Source of the DNA: a virus
Virus record (IMG/VR): IMGVR_UViG_3300036761_003567
Coordinates: 32,001 to 96,000 of that record
DNA: 64,000 nucleotides
Reading direction: 5' to 3' (one strand)
The notes under the pieces were generated by a model, which worked only from the letters and a program-made list of their open reading frames with translations, did no database searches and was not told the origin of the DNA. The stretch's first letter is position 1; each line of letters opens with the position of its first letter. The position numbers were made by a program, and so were the translations under genes. Below are positions 28,159 through 38,127 of this stretch, one piece after another.

Positions 28159-29227
28159 ATTGATGTGCTCGGAGCATTCTTTTAAATTCAATTAACGCGT
28201 GATAGCTCCGAGCCAAATTGACCCACACGCATACCAATTGGATGTTATCCTTTAGATAGCCAGTCGAATTCTCTATCCTGTCGATGCTACAGGAATTTAG
28301 ATGACCTCCCTGGAGTCTCATCGGCACTTTCGTGATAGCGCATCGTCCTTTTTGACTCTTATAAAGATCACATAAGAAATCGAGCGTTAAGTTATGGTTA
28401 AAACCCTTTCGTCTTTTGAATATTTTGCTATGAATACGTTGTCTTATTACTCGGAATAAATGTCTGAAGTATGTTCTGATTTTGGTATCATTGGTATTGT
28501 ATTCCCGACCGCCGCCATTTCTAAACTGTTTTAGTGTTTCTCTAAATTCTCTGGCCGTATGTCTTCGACGGCCCAAATTTACCCATTTGCATACCAGTCT
28601 AATATTTCCTTTGTTATACCCCATATTGTTATCGATGCGGTCAATAGATACTGAAAGAAGATGTCTAAAGCAGTGTGTCATTTTAATGCCGGTGGCTTTA
28701 CATCTTCCATTTTGACGTTCCCATAGCTGCATTAGGTATTCAATGCCAAAATCGCAAGGTTTTCGTAGCCTTGCCAGAGCGGATCTGAGGAAGTTTTCCG
28801 GAGTGCTCTCTCTGTGCTGTTTTATGGAGTCGTTGTGCTGCCGTCGCCTAGCCGGGCTACTTTGCCTTTCTCTACTTTCTAGTCTTTTCTTTAATTTCCT
28901 ACACTCATAACAAATATTCTTGCGTTTTGGTCTGAAGCGGGATAACTCGGTAGTGCCACATACGTTGCACCTTGGGGTAAGATTAGTTTGGCTTCTTGAT
29001 AAATGTTCCCTTGCGCGGCACCCACAATGTGGCGGGTATGATTTTGCCACATAATTCACTTCTGATATGCACTTTACGCATTTATTACCACATTCGCAGT
29101 AGAATTTATAGAAAACGCGCTTTGGTTCATGTTGCATATGAAAAGGGCGACTCACCACTTTTAGATGGCCGACGATAGTACCTATCTTTAGTCGCCGATG
29201 CTGCGAATCTATTGGCAAAAAGTACAT
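28136..29227 (-). mobile_element. Homing endonuclease-like gene with two HNH-type domains
   Basis: AT-rich and antisense; two Q.GRC..T...M...SIDRI.N..GY...N..LVC.WVN units; CECG and CNVC Zn sites. Confidence 0.75.
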
Positions 29228-29234
29228 AGATGAT

Positions 29235-30221
29235 ATGCGCGTGCTATTACCACATAGACCCGGGGGCGCTTTCAGCTTCATATCAGATGGATGGCTCAAT
29301 GCCTTCATTGCCACGGGTCACCAAGCGCAACGCTGGGACGGCAAACAAAGCTCCTGGAATATATTTGATCCGGATCTGATAATCGCATGTTCTGGCCACC
29401 GCCAACCCATACCCGCACCGCGCGGCAGAACAAAATTGGCCGTCCATGTGAACCCTTACGGGCCAGAAAAAATTAAAGGCATTGATGAGCCACAGGAGGC
29501 TATAAACTGGACTCTCGCGCAACGGCCAGATGCCGTATTCGGATACGGCCACAAAGACGACGGGAGATTCTGGGAGTATTGGACTTCAAAACATGGCATC
29601 CCTTGGGTGCCGATGGCTACGGCCGGGGATGCCACTGTCTTCTACTCCAGGCAAGGTCTAACAAACGCCCCGGTGCCGCGCGACATCCCCATAGGGTACG
29701 TTGGCGGTCGCTGGGATTACAAGGCCAAGAATTTGGACAGATATCTGTTTCCCCTTTTCTCAAACAAGACGCTTGGCTGTAAGGTCCATGGCTGGGGCGG
29801 TTGGCAGCCCGGGATCAGCTCTGGTGTCATTCGGGACGAGGACGTGGCTGGTTTCTTTTCGAGATGCCGAGTCTGCCCCTGCGTTGCCGAACCCCATACC
29901 ACACAATGGGGTATAGACTTGCCGGAGCGCGTATTCAAGGTTATCCTCTGTGGCGCCCTGGCTATCCACGATCCTGTAAAGGGCCTGGAACGATTCTCGA
30001 CGAACATCGTCATGGCCAATGGCCCGATGGAATTCATAGAGCTCTGTGTCAAATGGTCCAGACCGGAGATGGAACCACAGCGGCAGGAACTCGCCCGGAA
30101 ACAGCGAAGGGACATATTAAACGGACACACTTACTTCCACAGGCTGGCAGGACTGCTGAGGACAGTAGGATTTGCAGGGGAGGCGGATAAGATGCTCGAG
30201 CACGCCAAATCAATAGTCTAA
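29235..30221 (+). CDS. CgeB-like glycosyltransferase (GT-B)
   Basis: IGYVGG, ERVFK..LCG, HTYFHRL. Confidence 0.8.
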   Translation: MRVLLPHRPGGAFSFISDGWLNAFIATGHQAQRWDGKQSSWNIFDPDLIIACSGHRQPIPAPRGRTKLAVHVNPYGPEKIKGIDEPQEAINWTLAQRPDAVFGYGHKDDGRFWEYWTSKHGIPWVPMATAGDATVFYSRQGLTNAPVPRDIPIGYVGGRWDYKAKNLDRYLFPLFSNKTLGCKVHGWGGWQPGISSGVIRDEDVAGFFSRCRVCPCVAEPHTTQWGIDLPERVFKVILCGALAIHDPVKGLERFSTNIVMANGPMEFIELCVKWSRPEMEPQRQELARKQRRDILNGHTYFHRLAGLLRTVGFAGEADKMLEHAKSIV

Positions 30222-30568
30222 GCCGGCTTCTCTTCCCTCTGTTCCGCTTCCAGCTTCGCCACGAGCTTCTTCAAGTCCACGAGCGGTACCTTCTCCAGTT
30301 TGATGCCCTCATCCAGGAAGGCAAAGTCCACTTTCTTCTTTCCGATCCCGTCCAAGACCTTCCGGAGGGCCGCCCCAGAGGCCTTCATCCAGAATTGGGC
30401 CTTTTGCTGGCTAAGCTTCCTACGATATTCCGTCGCAAGCCTGATGATAATGAGATCCCCATCCGCGAGGGAAAGCTTTTCTATTACGGACTTCAGGAGA
30501 GCATCCTTGACGTCGGGCGCTGGTTCGCCGCCAGGCAGATAGGGTGGTTTCGGAGATCCGTTGTTCAT
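30218..30568 (-). CDS. Hypothetical protein
   Basis: 116 aa; GTATTTCA upstream. Confidence 0.6.
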   Translation of the reverse strand: MNNGSPKPPYLPGGEPAPDVKDALLKSVIEKLSLADGDLIIIRLATEYRRKLSQQKAQFWMKASGAALRKVLDGIGKKKVDFAFLDEGIKLEKVPLVDLKKLVAKLEAEQREEKPA

Positions 30569-31118
30569 GGGGGTCCCTTTTGGATTATGCGTGTGAAATA
30601 CAGGTAGCCATCGCTATCGTCCTTGCGGACACGAGGATGTTGCCGATATAGAGTTCCTCGACGAGGACAGCCGGCTTGCTCTTGTCGCTATGGAACCAGG
30701 ATTTGGCAAGGAGGAGGGCTTCGTTGGGCCTATACTGTCTTTCTGAGTGCGACCAGGCGAGATTTTGTGGCAGGAACGGATGGCCTTCTATGCTCGCCAT
30801 CTCGCGGTAAGCCCTGTAGTATCGTTCCTCTTTTCCCGTTGGGATGAATTGTGATCTGTCGAGATGCGCTGCAATGAAGACCTTTCCATTACCTGTGCCG
30901 CACGGAGAACCCGTATACCTGACAGTGTAAATAAGGGTACCGGCGCTTTTCATATCACTTATATCGGAAGAGCTACAGATGACGTCTTCTTTGGACGGAG
31001 GGAAGAGAGAACCATCCCTGACGTCGGCCCCCAGCCGGACGGCAAAATGGCTGATTTTCATACAGACATTTAAAACAGACTTGGATTCTGCTGTCAATCA
31101 TTTGTGTATCTAATAAAT

Positions 31119-32115
31119 ATGGAACCACTTCGCCTCAGGCTCGTGAAGCAGGCAAAGGAAGAGGAATCAAAGTACTTTCAGAAGTATATCGTCATCAAGA
31201 GAGAGAAGATTGGCGGCCTATTTGCCAAGTTCATGAAGGCCGTCTTCAACGCAGACATCGGCCCCCGGGAAATCGAGACGTTCAAGAGTACGCTGGATGG
31301 CATGATGAATCTCCAGGGCCTCCACTATTTCGTCGTCAATCTGGATGAAAAAGAAGGCCGGGAAGCCATGATCCAGTACTGGCTCTTGAAAGGCTATCCT
31401 CGCGAAGAGATAGAGAAGTGCATCCCAAGTTTAAAGGAAGAAGCCAATGACCAAGCCAAAGGCAAAAGCTGAGCAGAAAAAGGAAGTCCCACCGTATCCG
31501 GTCGTCCCAGCAGACCTCCGGGAGATGGCAGGCCGGATTCAGTTTAGCCTGAAGCCGAGTCCCTTCGTAGCGGACAAGGCTGCGGACGACTTCGCTACCT
31601 TCGTGACAGCGAACATCAACCATAGCGCCCTCCGTATACTATCTCTGGAAGCTAAGATAAATGGCGACAACCCCACGGTTGCGATCCAGAAGGCGGATGA
31701 AGCCTTCGGCGGAGTTGCGGAATTCATTTTCGTACAATGCCCGTACTGCCACACCCCACTTCACATCATCGACAACATACACCTCGCGAATTGCCCCGAA
31801 GTCCAGAAGAAATATTCCGGCAAGACGGAGCTCTGGACGACTGGGCAGTGCCTGAAGGATTTCCCGGATACCCAGATGAGATCCTGGCTTGCTTCCTACA
31901 TTGCACATCTTTCAGTAATGGCGCCCGGCCCGGTTGCTGAGACGAGCCCGATTCCGCCGCGTCCGGCAGTCATCGACAAGCGCAAGGGGTTGAACGCGAT
32001 TCAGCCCAAGATCCGCGTCGTGGGGCAACCTATCCGGGTCCAGCCACAAGTTTCTGCGGTATCGCAGAGGAAGGGATTCGTACCGCCGCGGATGCAGAGA
32101 GGGTTCCGGAGGTGA
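31119..32115 (+). other. Two hypothetical CDS (31119-31472, 31447-32115; the latter has a CPYC..H..C Zn site)
   Basis: ORF track, overlapping ends. Confidence 0.55.
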
Positions 32116-32286
32116 TTACTTCTGGCTTTTGAAGAACTCGACTTCGCCTAGGCGCTTTACGGCTCCCTTTCTCGACGAAGACGTGCCGAGGTTCTTCCCC
32201 TTCTTGGATAGGACTCGCCATTTCTTGGGGCCGATCTTCTTGATGCGTTCCAGGATCACATCTTCGGTGAGTAATCTGAGCTTCAT
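32116..32286 (-). CDS. 56-aa small basic phage protein
   Basis: Manual translation MKLRLLTEDVILERIKKIGPKKWRVLSKKGKNLGTSSSRKGAVKRLGEVEFFKSQK*. Confidence 0.7.
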   Translation of the reverse strand: MKLRLLTEDVILERIKKIGPKKWRVLSKKGKNLGTSSSRKGAVKRLGEVEFFKSQK

Positions 32287-32460
32287 AAGGTAGCTTTGCT
32301 GTGATCACGCACAAGGAATGTCGGAAGAATCTCGGCGGATGCGGGCAGGTCAAACTGGTTGGAGAGTTTGGCGTGGACATCAAGAACTGCGATGGCCGCA
32401 GAAACCTCTGCAAGATCTGCGCGAATGCAAGAAGAAGAGCGGCATACAAGACCAAAGGAC

Positions 32461-33009
32461 CTACCGAAGCTTCTGCGCCCCCGGCATGACCTCGAGCACG
32501 GCATTCTTCGCCCAATCCCAAATATCCAGTTTCAGGTCCTTTAGCCCCGATGACGTAATGGGATAATTCTGGGTCTCCACCACCTTCTCTTTTTCCATCG
32601 CTTGCACAACCATGATTGGGCCCGCTTGCACGCGCCTTTCTTTATTTAGAACACCGAAGATCGTCCTTGCCAGGAAGAGAGGTATGCTCTGCGTAGCCTG
32701 TTCCGCCTTCCGCATGATATCCGCCCACTTTTCATCCCTCGTTTTCTGCTTACCGGGCTTACCCGTTCCAAGGCTTATGAGATAAGTCCTCTCCGCGACG
32801 GATCTGCCACCGGCTCCGGCGCTTACGCGGCATCTTATGACGTCGTCGCGGATGGTGTCGCTAACGGGGCTGGGCCAGTTAAACTGGAATGAGTGGAAGT
32901 CCTTTCCAAGTCGCTTAATCCCAGAGAATACTTCACTCTCCAGAATTCTGGCGACTTGGATAATGTCTATCTGGCCTGCTTCGGCTTCATGTAAAAGACA
33001 AAGTCTCAT
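32461..33009 (-). CDS. Hypothetical protein with N-terminal MRLCLLHE motif
   Basis: Start reassigned to ATG 33009, downstream of CAAATATAC. Confidence 0.55.
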   Translation of the reverse strand: MRLCLLHEAEAGQIDIIQVARILESEVFSGIKRLGKDFHSFQFNWPSPVSDTIRDDVIRCRVSAGAGGRSVAERTYLISLGTGKPGKQKTRDEKWADIMRKAEQATQSIPLFLARTIFGVLNKERRVQAGPIMVVQAMEKEKVVETQNYPITSSGLKDLKLDIWDWAKNAVLEVMPGAQKLR

Positions 33010-33072
33010 AGCGTATATTTGGATCCGTCGGCCATCTTCTTTGTATTTAAGAAACGGAGCGGGAAAGATACA

Positions 33073-33782
33073 ATGAAGGTTCCCAAGCCAGTAAGACGTC
33101 TGATCTGCCAGATCTTCGGCCACCGATGGAAACTGATGCTGGACAAATGGGACAGGCCATGGCCGCTCTATTGCGTGCGTTGTGAGACGGCAGACCTGAA
33201 TACTAGGCTATTCAGCATACGCCAGATAAGGGATAGGTGGCTCTGGAGGAAGAAGCGAGGCCTTCCGAATGAATTGGCCGACCGCGGAGACACGATAGAG
33301 TTCCTGGAGCAGGAATGAGCAAGATAGTCGTCCTGCATGACAAAGAACCGACCCGGTGTCTGGTGGGTACCATAAACCTGAACCAGGACGGGCAATTTCC
33401 TGTCTTCGCCGCGGACTATCGCCAATCGGCGAACCAAGAGAGCGCAAGCAAGCTTCTTCGGTTCCTGTCCGGGCAGCGATTCATCATCTTAAGGATCTTC
33501 AGCAGTACCTACCACGTGTTCGTCGATGAGGATGTGGCGGTCCCGGTCGCGATCGATGGGAAACTCTGTGCCATAAACTGGCACTTAAATTATCAGCCCA
33601 ATGAACCAGATCACGTTGCGTTTTTCAAAGCTCTTTTGGAACACGGAAGCTGGGTCCTTTGCGTCGTCACCCAAGACAAGGTCTTGCGGACCGTCATCGG
33701 ACCCCGATGCCAGGTAATTACCTCCAGTACCGTGGACGCCACGTTTGAAAATACGGAGATTTTCGATCGCATTAGTACATAG
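33073..33782 (+). other. Two hypothetical CDS (33073-33318 DUF1660-like C.IFGH.W..C.RC; 33315-33782)
   Basis: ATGA coupling. Confidence 0.55.
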
Positions 33783-34048
33783 GAGCCAAAATGCCGAAGA
33801 CAACGGAAGACCGCCGGATTCTGATCATGGCCCGCGATTTCCTACAAGATGGGATTCAGGGAAATCCGGATGCCGGAGACGTTGCTACGATAGTAGATTG
33901 GGACAGGTATGACAAAGTTATGTTGAATATCAATGGTTATCTGAACAAGACCCAGAAGAAGGCGAGATGATGGAAGAAGAACTTTTTAGATATCAGGTCC
34001 TGATCGTAGTTCTCGTCGTGAGCATTATTCTCATTGTCATAGACCGCT

Positions 34049-34501
34049 TCAGAAAGAAATAACCCGATTACCGAGTTCGCCGATCGGACCAGAAACCGTC
34101 TCGCCCGCCTTCTTCCCGTCCAGACGCCATTCCTTCCCGTCCCAGACCAGCACGCCGAATCCCTGGATGGAGATCTTCTTGCCAAGGCCCTCTGCAGTCA
34201 GCGTGACCTCCCTGACCCCATTCACGGGGGCGGAAGAGACGGAGACCTGGACCGCCTGAGGTGAATATTGGCCCTGATTACCCAGACCCTGCAATCCCAC
34301 AGAACCCTGCCAGCCTTGATAACCCGGCGGGCCGACAAACCCTTGAACGCCTTGAGAAGGGCCAGGGTAGATATCATCATCTGGAGCAAGCGGATTCCAG
34401 TTGGGATTGACGGCTCCGGGAGCTGTAATTGGCTTCGCCTTTCCGGCAAGAAAACCCTTCTTGCCAGTCAGCTTCTTGATGAGGTCTGCGAGCGGGCTCA
34501 T
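34049..34501 (-). CDS. Patchwork protein with collagen triplets, a tail-fibre-like motif and C-terminal PIGELGNRVI tag
   Basis: GVQGFVGPPGYQGWQG, GVLVWDGKEW. Confidence 0.65.
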   Translation of the reverse strand: MSPLADLIKKLTGKKGFLAGKAKPITAPGAVNPNWNPLAPDDDIYPGPSQGVQGFVGPPGYQGWQGSVGLQGLGNQGQYSPQAVQVSVSSAPVNGVREVTLTAEGLGKKISIQGFGVLVWDGKEWRLDGKKAGETVSGPIGELGNRVISF

Positions 34502-35460
34502 GTCGGATCCACCTTTCTGCCTCCCATCTTGCCAAGCGGCAATCCCGACGGTTTATCTATGACCGCGGGAGGGGAGAGCGGATTACCAAAAGCAGGCAAT
34601 TGCTTATTCTGGAGTTGTAGGATGCCCAGCTGTTGCAGTTTTTGCAGAGTTGCAAAGTCGCAGTTCTTCAAGACATCAGCTAGAGTTGCGGGCGAGACCT
34701 GGGACGGAGCCGCCCCCCCGATTTTATAATCATCTTCTGGCGCATATAGGGAATTTTGCAATTTCTGATTCATGAGGACTAGCTGCTGCTTCAAATCAAC
34801 TGCCTCTTCCTCTTTTATTTTGGCAACCTTCTTGGCTTCTTCTGATTCGTAGAGGACCTCCGGTAAGATGATCTCTACGCCCCTCAGGCTGAACGTACCC
34901 TCAAATGTGTCCTCTGGATCTGTTCCTTCGCGCGTGATCAGGACATAAACGGATTTGTCGCTTTTGTCGCCTATTATCTTGATGTTATCAAAAAGAATTT
35001 GACTATTCCAGCTGTCTTGGACAGGGACTACCTTCCTGATTATCTGTGCATTCTCGTAGGGAGACCCCATGTTCGTTATCTTGACGTGAAAGACCATCTG
35101 CTTGTTCTCGAGCGACTCTGCGATTTTTACTATGTCCGTATCCTGATCATCCTTGGGCAGATCCATGATCTTGGCGATGCAGGACGGACCAAAGTCCGAA
35201 TTTATGTGTCCGTTAAGCACCACGCGTATTGTGGTCCATTTCTTACCATCGCTCTTGAACAATACCCCCGCCGCGCTCTGCTTCTTGGAATAGAAGAGCA
35301 TATCCCCGTTGCTGTGAAGAGGCGGGCCCTTGTCGCCAAGTTTCTTGGTCTGGGGCTGGAGATCTTTCGCTTTAAAGGAATAACAGCCATTTGCGGCCTT
35401 GTTCTGGCCTTCCTGCCAGCCCTGGGCTCCAGCCCAACCAGATAGAGGCATGGGAGACAT
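34498..35460 (-). CDS. Patchwork protein with tail-like motifs and C-terminal PLGKMGGRKV tag
   Basis: GWAGAQG, NGDMLFY..LFKSDGKKW, VKITNMGSPY; GTATTTAA upstream. Confidence 0.65.
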   Translation of the reverse strand: MSPMPLSGWAGAQGWQEGQNKAANGCYSFKAKDLQPQTKKLGDKGPPLHSNGDMLFYSKKQSAAGVLFKSDGKKWTTIRVVLNGHINSDFGPSCIAKIMDLPKDDQDTDIVKIAESLENKQMVFHVKITNMGSPYENAQIIRKVVPVQDSWNSQILFDNIKIIGDKSDKSVYVLITREGTDPEDTFEGTFSLRGVEIILPEVLYESEEAKKVAKIKEEEAVDLKQQLVLMNQKLQNSLYAPEDDYKIGGAAPSQVSPATLADVLKNCDFATLQKLQQLGILQLQNKQLPAFGNPLSPPAVIDKPSGLPLGKMGGRKVDPT

Positions 35461-35685
35461 GGCTTTTAAATACGAGACGGTGAATTATTGACGCCAAACG
35501 AATCCTGTGGTTTGATACCGTCATGGAAACAACCTGCCGATATTGTCGGGGCGTGGCCAGGCGTACGCGAGAGACATGGGACGGTGCCTATGTCTGGGTC
35601 TGTGAGGGCGTAGGTGGCCTGGGTGGGTGCAAGCGGAGGATGATCTACAACTTCCAGTACAAGCTCGTCGTCATCTCGCCAAGCA

Positions 35686-36180
35686 TCAAACCTCGCCAAG
35701 GGCCTTCTCAAGCCTCTGCCGCAAAGACTCCGGGTATCCAGCGCGTGATGGAAGCGGAGGCGGCTCCTCAGGAGCAGCCTTAGGGAGCGGAGGCGGCACC
35801 TCTGCCTTCTTCTCCGATGCTAGTTTCGCGACGACAGCCCGCACATCCTTCTCAATCGCGGCTTCCCATTCACCACGGACGTTGTTGTGCCAGAGATTCT
35901 TGGGGATCGTCACGCCACCCACTTCCCACTCCAGGACTTCTATTTCTGCCTTCTGGCCTGGAGCCGCAACCGCAACGCCATCCGCCGCGATAGGCCTCTT
36001 CTTACCGAAATCCGGCTTGTCGTGCTTGAGCTCGGCCCGCCAGTCCACCTCGATGATGTCGCCGACCGAGCGGTCATTGGTAAGCTTTACATCGAAGAAC
36101 GTCCGAGGATCGAGAGCCACCGCATGGCGTCCGGAAATGACTTCGCTGATCGCCTGTTCCAGCCGTTCCAGGAATGTCAT
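35686..36180 (-). CDS. Hypothetical protein
   Basis: 164 aa, coupled to the HAD gene. Confidence 0.6.
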   Translation of the reverse strand: MTFLERLEQAISEVISGRHAVALDPRTFFDVKLTNDRSVGDIIEVDWRAELKHDKPDFGKKRPIAADGVAVAAPGQKAEIEVLEWEVGGVTIPKNLWHNNVRGEWEAAIEKDVRAVVAKLASEKKAEVPPPLPKAAPEEPPPLPSRAGYPESLRQRLEKALGEV

Positions 36181-36773
36181 GTCTGATCTTTGCTAAAATA
36201 GGGGATTATGCTTCCGTTGTGTGCCTTATAGAGGACGGCATCAGGCCACTCCTTCCCGATCGCATCCAAGACAGTCGGCTCGTTATCGATCACGAACTTG
36301 GGTATGTAGTTCTTCCTCTTGATGGCATCCACCTTATATTCTGGCGCCTTCAGCATCCGCTGGCCTTCCGGCTTCAGGATGATATCCGTCAGCGGAATGC
36401 CCTTGAGCACTTTCATGGCGCTGTTGATCATCTTTTCCGGCCGGCCGGAGACGGCTACCACGGGGAGGCTTGACTTGCTGGCCAGGATACGGATGAAATC
36501 GTAAATGGCTCTATGTGGCGCATCCAGATGCGTGAAGGCGTCGTCCAGGAACATCTTGAAGAACTGACTGACCTTGTCCCTATCCTCCTGGGATTGCTTC
36601 GCCTTCTGTTTTAGGGCATCCAGCTTTTCTTCCCAGTCCTCGGGGGTGGCCTCGATGTCGAGCTGCCTGAGGGACTCTACTGCCCGATTCCCGACCGCGA
36701 CGAGGGTGTCGTCGATGTCGGTTATGATGACCTCGAGGCCGAGGACTTCACAGAGCAGACGTTCGAATGCCAT
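36177..36773 (-). CDS. HAD-superfamily phosphatase (PNKP C-terminal-like)
   Basis: DIDDTL, VSGR, YK, VIDNE. Confidence 0.75.
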   Translation of the reverse strand: MAFERLLCEVLGLEVIITDIDDTLVAVGNRAVESLRQLDIEATPEDWEEKLDALKQKAKQSQEDRDKVSQFFKMFLDDAFTHLDAPHRAIYDFIRILASKSSLPVVAVSGRPEKMINSAMKVLKGIPLTDIILKPEGQRMLKAPEYKVDAIKRKNYIPKFVIDNEPTVLDAIGKEWPDAVLYKAHNGSIIPYFSKDQT

Positions 36774-36802
36774 ACGGTACTTTTGGTTCGTATTTTAATT
36801 CC

Positions 36803-37465
36803 ATGGACGCGCCAAAGGTCAAGAAGTATCCCTTCATCGACGAGGTTGGTTATGTCCCGAATGAGATTATAAAGAAATGGGCGGGGGTCATAGGTAAAAT
36901 ACCCAAAGGGCCTCTGCCCAAAATCATCTCAAGCCAGGAAGAATTCGTAAAAGAGTTCGGCACACCCTCACCCGCAAATTCATTCGAGAAGAATTTTACA
37001 TTTCCCTTGCTCAAGAAAGTGAATCCCGGCGTGAATTTCTTCGCCGATAGTCTGGTCAGCGTGCAACCAATGCCGACACCGTCCATGAAAGGGCTGAAGG
37101 CAGCCTGGTCCGTAGAGGCTGTGGAAGACCTAAAGGCGGTTCACGGCATTGACATAGGAGAGCGACTTCAAGAAGAACTGATCCAGGCAATGTCCCAGCA
37201 GATGGCCAAAGAGGTCGATGAACAGATTCTTAAAGACCTTATAGAGCAGGTCCAGGAAGCGAAGCGTAGGGTGGCGATAAAGGCAGAGGAGAAGAGAAGG
37301 GAAGCCGTGTGGCGCAGTACTTTCAGCGTCATTGGCCGGAGATATTTGGACCCGGAAGAAATAAGAGCCGAAGAAGAGTCGGAAATCGAGACAGTGGAAA
37401 GAAAAGTCATCGTGGTCGTGCCGGACTTGCCGTTCGGATTAGGCTGTAGGCGGGTTCTGGTCTAG
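36803..37465 (+). CDS. Chimeric protein of terminase-, sheath- and major-capsid-like fragments with C-terminal PFGLGCRRV tag
   Basis: FIDEVGYVPN; GKIPKGP..IISSQEEFVKEFGTP; FPLLKKV.P..ADSLVSVQPM; LKAAWSVEAVEDLKAVHGID..EVDEQIL.DL. Confidence 0.75.
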   Translation: MDAPKVKKYPFIDEVGYVPNEIIKKWAGVIGKIPKGPLPKIISSQEEFVKEFGTPSPANSFEKNFTFPLLKKVNPGVNFFADSLVSVQPMPTPSMKGLKAAWSVEAVEDLKAVHGIDIGERLQEELIQAMSQQMAKEVDEQILKDLIEQVQEAKRRVAIKAEEKRREAVWRSTFSVIGRRYLDPEEIRAEEESEIETVERKVIVVVPDLPFGLGCRRVLV

Positions 37466-37651
37466 ATTCGGCAACTCAGGTGGGGCTAGCTGCACAGACT
37501 CCCACCGCGGACAGCTCATGTCATCCCAGGTGCCTTCCCGGGTATTGGGATTATCGGGAAAAGGCGGCTTCATAGCGCAATCCCCGCAGTTCGTCTGCTG
37601 GAATTGCGTATAGTGCTTGCACGTCTTACAGACCTTTTCTTGATCTGCCAT
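37439..37651 (-). CDS. Small Cys-rich protein
   Basis: CKTCKHY..GDC..C..W. Confidence 0.55.
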   Translation of the reverse strand: MADQEKVCKTCKHYTQFQQTNCGDCAMKPPFPDNPNTREGTWDDMSCPRWESVQLAPPELPNLDQNPPTA

Positions 37652-37652
37652 A

Positions 37653-38093
37653 TTAGCTCCCCAGCTTGCTCAGGATCTCTTCTGGATTTGCAGCGAAGGT
37701 CCTCTCCTGTCCGGTGGACGATTCCCTTCGGAAGCCGAGGTTCCTATAATACTCTTCCATTCCCGCAATGCTATTGAGCCAAATCTGCTTCTTTGCCATC
37801 TTCGCCTTCTCGGCTAGATATTTCATGAGCATCGATCCGGCGCCCTTCTTCGTGGATCCGAACATGTGCATCCAAATGACCTTCGGTTCCTCAGACCAGG
37901 ATATGGCACCGATGACCTCGTCGCTGTCCAGCACGGCAGTCCTGGTCATATCGTCGTTGGTCAGAGCCCCTACGACGAAATTACTATTCTCCTTCTCCAG
38001 GTCCACCTGGTCAGCTAGCTCGGACTTCGCACCCGGGCGCAGCTCAATAATGCGGTATGAAGGCTCAGCTTCTGTCAATAAGGATAGGCGCAT
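37653..38093 (-). CDS. GNAT acetyltransferase with N-terminal MRLSLLTE motif
   Basis: KGAGSMLM..L, YYRNLGF. Confidence 0.8.
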   Translation of the reverse strand: MRLSLLTEAEPSYRIIELRPGAKSELADQVDLEKENSNFVVGALTNDDMTRTAVLDSDEVIGAISWSEEPKVIWMHMFGSTKKGAGSMLMKYLAEKAKMAKKQIWLNSIAGMEEYYRNLGFRRESSTGQERTFAANPEEILSKLGS

Positions 38094-38127
38094 AAAATAA
38101 CTTTGCCAATGGAAGAGAAGGGGAGCG

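Noticed and set aside
36803-37465. Bona fide major capsid protein gene
   Set aside because: Too short, only two gp23-like segments, and not in a head-gene cluster
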